DNA of 64,000 nt from Ophelia neglecta. Taxonomy: Eukaryota. The stretch is taken from contig OZ260667.1 in assembly GCA_965285935.1 (NCBI GenBank), positions 49,538,001 to 49,602,000 of the forward strand, given 5' to 3'. This document shows positions 12,638-24,100 of this stretch, piece by piece (the stretch's first letter is position 1; every line of letters starts with the position of its first letter). Under the pieces are notes generated by a model. That model made no database searches, was not told where the DNA came from, and saw only the letters and a list, made by a program, of their open reading frames with translations. Position numbers and translations under genes: made by a program.

Positions 12638-12776
12638 CAGGGTTCCCCCTGCACATGAAGGACAGGTAGAACAGGGAAAATGCTGAAAATACAAGAAAAC
12701 ACAGGTAATTTGAAAATTTGATGAGATTCAAATCTTAAATTATTCTAAACTCTATTGGCAATTGAAAGTTATGGTC

Positions 12777-13222
12777 CTGGGTCGTTTCGAGCGGCCGCCA
12801 GTTCGAGCGGGGGACATTTCGAGCGGGGGACTTTTCAAACGGGGCGTTTTATAGGTGGTGAGCCGCTAAATCTTGATAATGTAGCTATATTACTGTACTA
12901 TTGTTCACCGACGATGTTTTGACGGTTGAATCTCGTTTATTTTTTATGTTTACTATACATACAGTGACTTGCTACTATTTTCTCAGTATTTCTCTTCGAA
13001 CTTGCACAAGTTTGGCGCATATTTACGCTGTTGTTTCATTTCCAAATCAGTCTGTTTCATATGGAGCTCCCAAAGACTCGAAAAGTCGTGTGTACAGTGT
13101 ATCACATAGAACTGGGACTGTTTACTATCATAAACAACTCGAACTGGCCCCGCTCGAAATGTCGATGTCGCCGCTCGAAACGACCAGTATAGCCACCGCT
13201 CGAACTGGCCCCCGCTCGAAAA
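12777..13222. mobile_element. Foldback/MITE-like element nested in the hAT transposon
   Basis: Left end GGTCGTTTCGAGCGGC with repeated TTCGAGCGGGG; right end has repeated CCCCGCTCGAA and GCCGCTCGAAACGACC (13170-13185) in inverted orientation. Confidence 0.7.
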
Positions 13223-14292
13223 GTTTAGACACCAAATTTATAAGAGATTATAATGTTTTTGCAATGTTTCCAAGGTACCTAAGATTCTCATTCTTAGTTA
13301 CCTATTTATCATTGCGAGACCAAATTTTTCCATAACCCAGTCAATAGAAATGTGACCATTTCCTTTGTCCATGTCTATGGCTGTCTAGTTGATTTAGTTA
13401 CATTTGCTGTTCATTGTTTTCATTATAACTGTATATATAACCTATTTCAATGAAGTCACGGGCAATCCCCCTTGGCAGGCAAGCCTTAGCATTTTGTATA
13501 TTTTGTATCTATCAACATGATTGGCTTGGCAAAAAACATTAAAATAGATAATTCATTCAATAAAACAAATATCCTGCCAAAATAGTTGTTAAGGAATTGT
13601 AATAATTAACTATGTGGAATGGTACAAAATAACGTTCATAGTTTATCTCACTTTCATGGTATCATCAAATGCAAGATTTTAGATAAGATTATATTCTTCT
13701 CCCCTATGATTTTTTGTATATTTCAGCTGCAAGCACATATTTTTATGCCTGGCCACCTAGAGCATTGCATGTACTGTTTGACTCCTTTGATTCAAAGTTG
13801 CATACATCATGGACTTGGCTAATCCTAGGGTCTCTCTTGGACCCACAAATTTAAACATGAAATAGTAGTATTTGTATGAGGGGCGGGGGGCAGGGTTTGA
13901 GGCGGTGGGTTGGGGGGGGGGGGGAGGGGCTTCTTTTTTATCTTCGATCCGCAAACCGTTGAGCGATGTTTTAAGATAAAATGTTAGGTAATTACCCACA
14001 CAATTACACACAAAGAGATGTCAGAACAGAACCTGCCATTTGGGCTGATAAAATGTGTTGTACTGTATTATGGTCGCAGGATCCCTCAGCCCGTCATGCC
14101 TTTTTCTTGTGTTGGTGGTGTTGCATGCCAAAGTTAATAAACGCATTGGCTAGTTCTGTGATAAATCAGTTGTAAATAGGAAAAGAATTATGCAGTGGCA
14201 AGTTAGGAATTTATTTTTACATATTGTTATGCTTCTTTCTGAATATTGCAGTGGCTGTAAATGAAAATCAAGAGTAGTGTGTAGTGTTCATC

Positions 14293-16325
14293 ATGTCTTC
14301 ATATACATCTCGATTCAATAAAGACTGGTTGACACATAGTGAGTTCAAGGATTGGATCCAGGTTATGTTATCAGTAAAGCCACCGCAAAAGCAGAGATTC
14401 TTTGGGAACTGAAAACAGTGATGGCTCTTTCTCCTATAATGAGAGCAAAGGCATAGCCTGGCTGTTTCATGTAATGTTTCCTGACAGTGATATAGCTAAA
14501 GGATTCAAATGTGCTCCTTCAAAGGTCTCTTATCTCGTAGACTTTGGAATTCCACAATACTTTGGCGATATCCTTATGGACAAAATATGACAATCTGAAT
14601 GCTTTGTTGTATCATTTGATGAATGCCTCAACAAGATCACTCAAACTGAACCGATGAATGTTATTGTACGCTATTTTGAAACCGGTAGAGTCACAACGAG
14701 ATACCTTGGCTCGCTTTATGGGGCATACTCGAGCAACAGATCTTTTGGCCACATGTAATGAAAGAATCTCATACTTGAAGTACAGTGAAATGACAAAAAT
14801 TTTCATTGATGGGATAAAGATCAATTGGAAGGTTTTTGAGGAGCTTTCCAAGGAGCAAAATGAAAAAAATGCTGATTCTCCAAATCTACTTAATTTGGGT
14901 CTTCAAGTGGTACATGAGGCATTCAGCAACGGGCCCATCAAACAGAATGGAACCTTGATGGCATACTACGTGTATTGTGCTTTGTCTTCCATGATTCTCC
15001 AGCAAGGCGTGACGATTTTACAGCCATCACTGGATCAAGCCGTTTCTCACTGAAATTTTGTGGAACACGTTGGATAGAGGATGAAGGACTAGCTGTGCGT
15101 GCTATCGAAATTGGGCCCCATGTAAGAAATATATTAAGGAAATATTGAAAGAGCCAAAGTGTCAAGTACCTAAATGTACGTTATTCATCAGGATACAGGA
15201 GGCTGTTTATCATGATCCCCTTGTAGTTACAAAATTACAGAGTTTTTATCCTTGGCCAGGTTACTCAAACCATTCCTTGTCAAGTATCAGTCCAGTAAAC
15301 CACTTTTGCCACTTATGGCTCCAGATATGTGTCAACTGCTCAAGAATAATTTAATGTAGCGGTTTCTGAAGAAGAAAGTTCTCTATGCTGTAGATCAGAT
15401 GTACAAAGTGGCTAAAATTGAAATTGAAAAGAAGGACAATCAGTTACCTGCAAAACAAATGGACATTGGATTTGCAGTTAAGGCAGAACTAAAACTTGCA
15501 GAAGACAAAAGCAGTGAGTGTCCTCCAAGCACTAGAACTCAAGTCCAGGTCCTAAGATTGTTGACTGCATTAACAGCCAAAATGCTAGACAGATGCACAC
15601 TGAACTATTCACTCTTTCGTTCAATCGTTTGCCTTCAACCTCCTGTGATGCTTAATGATCCAGAAAAGGCAACATTAAAATTTGAAACTGCGTGGAAGAA
15701 GTTCAAGAACTTCTTGTCAGAAGTCGGCTCCAAACACCAAGTGGTCTTTACCAACTGGACTAAAGACGAAAGCCTTGACACTTTCTTTTATTCGTTCCTA
15801 GCAGACAAAGTCAATTTGAAGAAACCATGTAGTGTGCTACAGATGTAACTCACGCTGTCTCATGGCCAGGCATCTATAGATCGTGGGTTTTCTGTCAAAA
15901 ATGACCTTCTCGCCCCAAACCTTCAGGAGAACAGTCTTGTTGCTCAGCGTTTGGTTTATGACACTGTGAGATCCATGGACCTCAGTGTGGAAGATTTTCC
16001 AATCACACCAAATCTCCTAAAATCATGTGCTGTATCACACACGAAATACACACTGTACCTCGAAGAGAAGAAGAAAAACGAGGAACAGTCGGCAGTTGAC
16101 AAGAAAAGAAAGCATGTTCAGGACAATCTTGGAGAGGCCAAGATAAAACAGCAAAAGTTAGACGGTGGAGTAGGTCTTCTAAAAAAAGAAGCAAATGAGC
16201 TAGCAATTCAAGCAGAACTCAAGAACAATATTGCCCTTTGACCAAGCCAAATGCATTCCGACATAAGGCTGCAGAGCTCGTTAAAAATGACATCAAGGTT
16301 GTTGTAGGTGAATTTGAAGCATAAG
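14293..16325 (+). pseudogene. hAT-like transposase pseudogene (multiple frameshifts and stops)
   Basis: Fragments across frames: MSSYTSRFNKDWL...KDWIQ; MFPDSDIAKGFKC; FVVSFDECLNK (catalytic D); IFIDG; FHDSPARRDDF; KFCGTRWIED; LSHGQASIDRGFS (hAT C-terminal motif, catalytic E read as D); coiled-coil C-terminus. Confidence 0.8.
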
Positions 16326-17139
16326 AAATTCAAATCAAGTCTTATATTTGAATCGTAAATGTGTTGAATTATTCAAAATCAGTTCAATTAGTCCCAATTA
16401 TACATGTGGGATATCAATATCAAAATCTGTTATTGTAAGGAGATAAGAGAATTCCTCTATTTGTTACATTCTAAGAAAATGTAGGTTCTGTAATAGCTTG
16501 TTTATTTGACAGTTGATTAATAAATGTAGCTTTGGTAGGCTGCTGTGCGTAAATGTAGTCGACTTGTTCAGAATAGTTAAGGTTTCCCGTATAGTTTTAG
16601 ATAATTATTAGGCTGGCAATGTACATATTTTTGGAGAACGAAATAAAAGTGGAGGTAAGGATGGCTACAAGGGGTGGTGGAGGCCATAAATTTTATTGTT
16701 AATTTTGTTATTTTATCTTGACAATGCACATGGAAATCTAAATATCACAGGTAAAACATAGGGAAAACACAGGGAATTGTACCATTGGGTGAGAGTGGGA
16801 ACCCGGACTAACTATCACCCTAAACACTGACCATTGATGAAAATGTATCTCTTGACACCGACCAATGTTGACAATGTAATGGCATGCATTGGCTCTACTC
16901 AGATGAAGTGATTTTTTTTCCGATTGGACGCTGTGTACAGCAAATATTGACAATTAATGTGTTCATTATCAACCTCCACGCGATGGCTGTTTCCAGGTAT
17001 GATAACTGGAAAAACATACGCCTTTTTGCACAAAATGTTGAAAAACGTACCCCCACACACGGGCCCTCGCGGGTTCGTGCCTAGGGCTCAAAAACATACC
17101 CTTTCCCGCGTTTTTTGTTCGATGATGATGACACTTTGG

Positions 17140-17850
17140 TACCCAGTATCAACGTTCTCCATGTGCAATATGTATCAAAATAATGTGAAACGCCTTGAAG
17201 ACACCAACGACTGAGTCTACAAAATAACTGTATCATCGGCGTATGACAATAGTAATAACCTCAGTGATCTGATAGAGATTCCATCAAGACCCCCTGACAT
17301 ATGACTAATCTCCAGTTCGTTAAGATAAATGGAGAAGAGGAAGAAGGGAGAAGGAAGGAAGAAACATTTCCCCTGCTAAACATCAATGAAACGCTCAAAT
17401 GTTTTAGACATAGAGCCATCAAAGCACAATACTTTAGTTTTAATGCAGCTATACATGCTCTGGATAACCCTGAGAAGTTTACCTGAAATGCCTGACTTGA
17501 TAAGCTTGTACCACATAACTTTGTGATTGACATAATCAAAAACCTTACGAAAGTCGACCAAAGCACAGTTAAGTTTGTATTTATCTGAAACATGTGAAAT
17601 CGGTCTATGCAGCAGAAAAATATTGTCGATAGCTTTTTCTGAAACGGGCCAGCGATTCTATGATGATGTCATACAGGTCGGCCCATTGCGTAAGGCGATT
17701 ATAACTTACCTTAGTGAACACTTTTCCCAGCATATTAAGATGCGAAATGCCCCGGTACTTATTCAAAGAAATTACGTCGCCGCCTGTGCTAAGAGGCCTA
17801 ATTATAATTACCAATCCTGTGCTGAGAAAATACCTGCTTAACTTCACCAT
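17140..17850 (-). mobile_element. Non-LTR retrotransposon (LINE) reverse-transcriptase fragment, degenerate
   Basis: YRGISHLNMLGKVF, FVDFRKVFDYVNHKVMWYKL...GISGK and LLSYADDTVIL (YADD at ~17232-17243), with frameshifts and stops. Confidence 0.85.
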
Positions 17851-20486
17851 TTAGGATTCCGGTGTCCAACTCTGAATATAAACCCTGGATATCCCTACTC
17901 GCAGAGTCACCAGAATGCAAAAAGGGCTCGAAGTAGGACCCATGCCTATATTCCAAAGATCCATTGGTCCGTTGGTCGGAAAGTCCATTGGTCCGAAAAT
18001 CCGTTGTTCCAACAAATATTCCTTATATGAGTGGCGATTTTAGTAGTAATGTGTGTGTGTGTGTCGGGGGGGGGGGGGGGGGGGGGCTTTTTCAGACACC
18101 TTTATGTTTCACCGTGATGTGAACGCGTCAGGGATAACCACCCTTATTCTTCTGTGTCTCAGGACATGGTATTTAATTTGTCCGTTCTTCGGGAACGAGA
18201 ACTCATTCTCTTTAATACACCAAAGTCCAGTTGGTTTGAAGGGGCAAAATTCACTGGCGTGTTTCTAATAAAATTGAATCCTTTCACTTCTAAACCTGTT
18301 TTTGTTCTCAACCATTGGAGGGAACCATGGAACAGACAAACGCGTTGAATTAAACCTACCTAGTCAAATATTCATTAGATTAACATAAAGCCCAAGTCAA
18401 CACTGGGCCAGACTAGGATTTAGGTAATCCCATAAACCAATATTTGGACAGTGATTCACTGTTGTTTTTGGTAAGGGATCGAGTTTCAAGCGCAAGTTTC
18501 TTCCAGTCTGTCATTATGTTCCAATAAAAGAAGAATTAATGTAACTCCCTCTATACGAAACTGGAGTTATTATGGAATAGTTACGGTAGACAGAAAAGGA
18601 ATACATTTATACTAGTAGACTCCGATTTTGGAGAGTGGTGCCTCGCCTGGTCTTGGAGACTACCAGTATCCGCGCAGACTAACGAAATATCTAATATGAA
18701 AAAGTCAAGAATAGGGTTATAGATACGATTTTATTGTCACTGGGCCATATAATATGGGGTCGGAGTGATGGACAAACTGTTTATACATTTACAAAAAACA
18801 TGGTCATTCACGGAATATAGGCCTACACCAAAAGCCGACTGAAAGGGCATACAGATAGATCGGGAGGCCGGTTAAAGATACATCATAATATTGATTGTAT
18901 AATTGTGAATTTGATATTTGTTATTATCAGACTACGCTTAAGGCAAGCAAAATCATTTATACAATAACAACAAATATATGACACAAAAAATCATAAAAAC
19001 CATCGTATATATGAACTGCAGTTATCATGGATATCTTTAAAATAATATTAATGCAATACCCCTTGTGGTTATCATTTACATGGTAAATTCACCGATAATA
19101 AACTCTCCTATGTACAAGGCTATTTGTCTTAAAGCGACTTCATGTATTAGATGTGTTGCGATTGTACCAGCCTGACGATAATAAACTCTCATATATGTAC
19201 AAGCGTCTACATGTATGGGGAGGTGCGGGAATTGTACCACCCTCACACAATTATGACTTCAAGCTGAAGCATACTTTCATAAAAAATGAATTTTATATGA
19301 AGATAAATTACTGTTATATATTACTGTGATTATTTGAATTTTCTTCTACACAAACGAAACATCAAACTTAAATTAAATTGAACATCACAATAACGTGCTT
19401 ACACCAAGCAGGCAAATGGTTCTTGATAAAACTCTCAAATGCGATCAATTTGCTTTCGTCCGATGATGTTTTCTGCATTGTATGTAGACTTGAAGACAAA
19501 AACCTGTCACAGACATTGAAGAATTTCAATAATACAGGCATCCTTGTTGGAGGGGTTTTAACCCCAGAGGGTGAAAGCAGCAGGTGGAGTATTCCATTTG
19601 GACTCCCTCTCCTGCCCTGACCCGCCCCAGTCTATATATATATGTATGTATGTATTTCATGTCATCCATTGAACGATATTTAGTTTAGTTAACTATAACA
19701 CAATGCCCACAATTTTCTCTATGAACTGTCCATATTTTGCCAAATCTAATAATTGTTGCACAACATTTTAACGGATTAAGCTTTGAGCTTACAAGTCGGC
19801 TAGTAAAGTGTAACGACCTCATCTTGTATTCCAAACGATGGCGTTGTTTTTTGTGTATCAAGCTCGTGGTCACTACCTCTGTCTGCGGAAATGCACTTTT
19901 TAATCTAGAAGCACCGTATTCCATGTGTCTTCATTTTACTGGGGATATAGGGGATGGGGAGGGACGACAAAGGGGTCCCAAGCCCATTTTCTTTCAGCGA
20001 GTTGACCCAGGGAGAAAATGGAGGGTGGAGGAAAGTGTCCCTCCCGGAGGGGGATGGGGGGTGTGTTCCCTACCAGGAGCGAGGGGGGGGGGGGCACATT
20101 TCATTTAAGATGGGAGCAAATCATAACAAAATCAATCGCTTATTAAAACTAGTGTATTGACTACAATGAATTCCTTCCTCCATGTCGCCATATCATTTAT
20201 ACAAGTGACTCCAATGATAAAGCATAGCCCAGCCACTTCTTTCAAATTTGGTTCATCCCTACAGTAGTTATTTAACGTTACTAACACCACTGCCTGGCAG
20301 ACACCAATGAGAGTCAACTCATTGTACGCAAGTGTTCAGCAGACAATGCTCATGTAAATAACGTTTTATCCAGCCCGTGAGTGCTATCCAGCCGCACAAT
20401 GTGATCACTATCCACTTTATTTATATTCAATTGTCCAGGGAGTAATACTTGATGAACGTTTCACTAGAACTACTGAGCAGTTAGTA

Positions 20487-21170
20487 TCACGAGCAAGAAA
20501 TCCACCTTGAGAGGAGATGTACGACACTGAACAGTAGTCCCAAATACACTACTACTGACGAACTCCTGTGGGAGTGGCTAGTACTGTATATTTTACTACT
20601 TCGTATCCCGTTACACTCACTTCTACCTATCCACCATTTGCGATAAAGACCATCCAAGTAACCGCTATCCTTGAGCATGCGCAGAGCCTTGTTAATTCTT
20701 TCCAAGTGGTCTGAATTTTTCTGGACAGCCAATGCGTAGCCGCGGTTTAGCAAAAAACGACCAACTGTCACAAGATCACATGGCTCGCGCATGGAAATGT
20801 ATTCCCCTATCGTGTTCGGTAAGACAAATCCGTACTTTTCTCGTCGCACCATCTCAATGCCTTCCTCATTTGTTGCAGTTAGAACCTTTGAACCTCGTTC
20901 GTCAAATCGTTGCATATGTCTCCACATCATTTTATATTCTGTTTCATTTGTCCTTTTGAAAGCGCGCAGGATCACTCCTCGGTCGAGCGTCCCATATTTG
21001 ATTTCTGATTGGTTGATAAGCTCATCGACGGAGCGTATTTTGACGGTGGCGCCGGCTGGCGCCTTTCGCAGTAGTACAGTGGCATGGACGGTCATGTAGG
21101 GTTCCGTGAAGTCTACCACGCTCGCTCGGTGTGACGTCACATACATCGGGGCGGCCGCCATTTCAGCTCT
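20487..21170 (-). CDS. Last exon of iGluR-LBD-only gene: end of S1, short linker, whole S2, hydrophobic C-terminal tail
   Basis: Acceptor TTTTCTCTAG|AGA at 21170; ORF track 20487-21161; AMPA/kainate-type motifs DFTEPYM, KYGTL, PCD, GYALA and KWW...EC. Confidence 0.92.
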   Translation of the reverse strand, partial: RAEMAAAPMYVTSHRASVVDFTEPYMTVHATVLLRKAPAGATVKIRSVDELINQSEIKYGTLDRGVILRAFKRTNETEYKMMWRHMQRFDERGSKVLTATNEEGIEMVRREKYGFVLPNTIGEYISMREPCDLVTVGRFLLNRGYALAVQKNSDHLERINKALRMLKDSGYLDGLYRKWWIGRSECNGIRSSKIYSTSHSHRSSSVVVYLGLLFSVVHLLSRWISCS

Positions 21171-24100
21171 CTAGAGAAAAGAAAGACAGTCACGTGATAA
21201 ATAAACACAGTACTGTTACGAGATGATGAACAACTCCACGAGTAGTTAGACATTTAAAATTTGAACTGTGAAATTGAATTTAACATCTGTGCTTTTTTCT
21301 TACCATCACATATTATCTGAACTTACATTAATGTCCTTAATTTTTAAAATCTATTTTAACCTAGAATAGCCGTAAAAATGCAATTTATTTGATTAATTGA
21401 TTCCTCATATTTAGAAGAGTTTCATAAATATGAATTTGAAAACGAAAACAAAGTGAACATAAATTCAGTTCTGTTATAATATATAATATAGTATACCAGG
21501 CATATAAATTGTTCAATTCAAGTTGGGTACATTTAAAAATATGAAGTTAAAACCCATTGGCCTAGGCGCATTTTTGGTTCCTCTGTGTAGGCATACAGTA
21601 CAGTAAAGCCGACCAATCAGCGATGCGCTTCTTCTGCACTGTGGTGTTGCTGCCTCCACAGGTAGCAGGTGGAGCACGGCCATCCAATATACAATATATA
21701 TCCAACAAAAATATGTGGCGCTTTTCTCATATACACGTCGACTATAGAGGTGAAGGCTTATATCTGTGAAAAGGCAATTTAACTGGATTTCAACCATGAT
21801 TTGATATTATACATCTCATAAAATTAGCTTCGTTTAGCAAATATATACCGTTGCGCTTAAATGTGTTTTCTGTTTACCAAACAACAGGTAAAAAAGGCGA
21901 ATATTTTAGGCCAATGAGATTTTCCAAATCTAGCGGCGGCTGCATAAACAAGAATATTTCTCATTAACCTATTGTGTTCATATGACGGAATTTAATGAAT
22001 TTGATTCCAATTCCAAGCAAAACTTTGTAAACCAACTTGACACCTCTTGGTAATATCACTCCAAAATATGACACGTTTGCTGTGATTTTGTTGCAGTTCT
22101 CTTGTAAATTGCATGTTTTGTGGAGATGTAACATTACCTTATAACGTATTGTTTTAAAATCTTCTTCTGCCAACTATATTTAACCTTTTTATTGTTCAAT
22201 AAATATATCCGTTGTCGGCGGCTCTTTACCGAACTTTTCCAAAGGACATTTTATTATTACATCTGCTGCGCCGTGGAGTAAAGTTGGTTGGCAAATTTGG
22301 GCGGACTGTTAAGACTGTTTACTAGTATTTCTGTGATTTACTAGTTCCAAGCCTATTAGTGCATTTTAGATACACACATATACGCGTTTCATCTCGACTT
22401 AAGTATAAATTACTCCACATCGGTTCCCAAAATTAACCATTATATATATTTTTTTTTTNNNNNNNNNNNNNNNNNNNNNNNNNNNNNNNNNNNNNNNNNN
22501 NNNNNNNNNNNNNNNNNNNNNNNNNNNNNNNNNNNNNNNNNNNNNNNNNNNNNNNNNNNNNNNNNNNNNNNNNNNNNNNNNNNNNNNNNNNNNNNNNNNN
22601 NNNNNNNNNNNNNNNNNNNNNNNNNNNNNNNNNNNNNNNNNNNNNNNTCAATAATTTCGTTTCTATATTAACAGGACATCACGCCCTGAAATAAAATATC
22701 GCCATTCTATCAAAGCAATCGATCCTATACAGGTGTAGTTTATCACAGGTAAAAAGGCGAATATTTCAGGCCAATGAGATTTTCCAAATCTAGCGGCGGC
22801 TGCATAAACAGGAATATTTCTCATTAACCTATTGTGTTCATATGACGGAATTTAATGAATTTTATTCCAATTTCAAGCAAAACTTTGTAAACCAACTTGA
22901 CACCTCTTGGTAATATCACAGACGTGTGTAGTTTATCACTGCACTGAGTTTCAGAGACATTAAGCAAAACAACTGCATGATCACCATGGGCGGTAAATCT
23001 ATGGTTCTTATTAACAGAAAGAAGATCACAGGGTAGATAGTGTTACGAATTATTAATCAACGATACCTCGATAAACATGCTTGGAATTCATATCATGTGC
23101 CTGATATTCCACTTATATTTCTCACACAATTTAAAAAGCAAGCTCGAAAACTAGGATACACGTTATTTGAATGCGTCTTAATCAAATGTAGGCACTGTCA
23201 TTTTTTCATGAACATAACACCTTGATCTGGCTGTAGTCAGAATCCGTGAAAAGACCATCTCTTTCAAAATGTGGTTCTCAAAACTAAACTACTCTTTATT
23301 TAATTAAATTCATGCATGAATGTATTTATGCAGTTGGCATTTTACATCTTGACATATACTTAATACTATCATGTTGTTAAATGGTTACCCGGCCTACATA
23401 GCTTTTTTTCGTCAGGACAAAATACCAATTAACAGATTAATACACGACTTGAGCAAACTTGGTCGAATTACTTTACATTACCCGTCTAAACTTTCACCAA
23501 TGGTCTTCTCTAAAAAGCCGGGTTATTGGAACGAAAAACGCTTATATTTCAAGGAATAAAATCTCCTTGGGCACACAAGCTTAATCATTTGAGGCGTTAA
23601 TGTCATAAATAAATCATCGCTTGTATCTACTCAACTAGCTGGCGCTTTATGACGCCTAGATGGCGCTCTATGACGCCTAGCTGGCGCGTTATGACGCCTA
23701 CCTGGCGCGCTATGACGCCTACCTGGCGCTCTAAGACGCCTAGCTGGTGCTCTATGGCGCCTAGCTTGTGCTCTATGACGCCTAGCTGGTGCTCTATGAC
23801 GCCTAGCTGGCACTCTTTGATGCCTAGTTGGCGCTGTATGACGCCTAGCTTGTGCTCTATGACGCCTAGCAGAGGCTCTTTCACGCCTAGCTGGCGCTAT
23901 ATGACGCCTAGATGACGCTCTATGACGCGGAGCTGGGGCTCTATGACGCCTAGCTGGTGCTCTATGACGCCTAGCTGGTGCTCTATGACGCCTAGCTGGC
24001 ACTCTAAGGCGCCTAGTTGGCGCTCTATGACGCCTAGCTTGCGCTCTATGACGCCTTGCTGGGGCTCTATGAAGCCTAGCTGGTGCTATATGACGCCTAG

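Larger units (their letters stand above)
12638..16806 (+). mobile_element. Decayed hAT-superfamily DNA transposon (~4.2 kb)
   Basis: Imperfect TIRs CAGGGTTCCC(12638)...GGGAACCCGG(16806), subterminal CAGGGAA/CAGGTAA repeats at both ends, and flanking ACTGA/ACTAA. Contains a transposase pseudogene. Confidence 0.8.

Noticed and set aside
22433-22651. ORF of X residues
   Set aside because: Artefact of the N gap.
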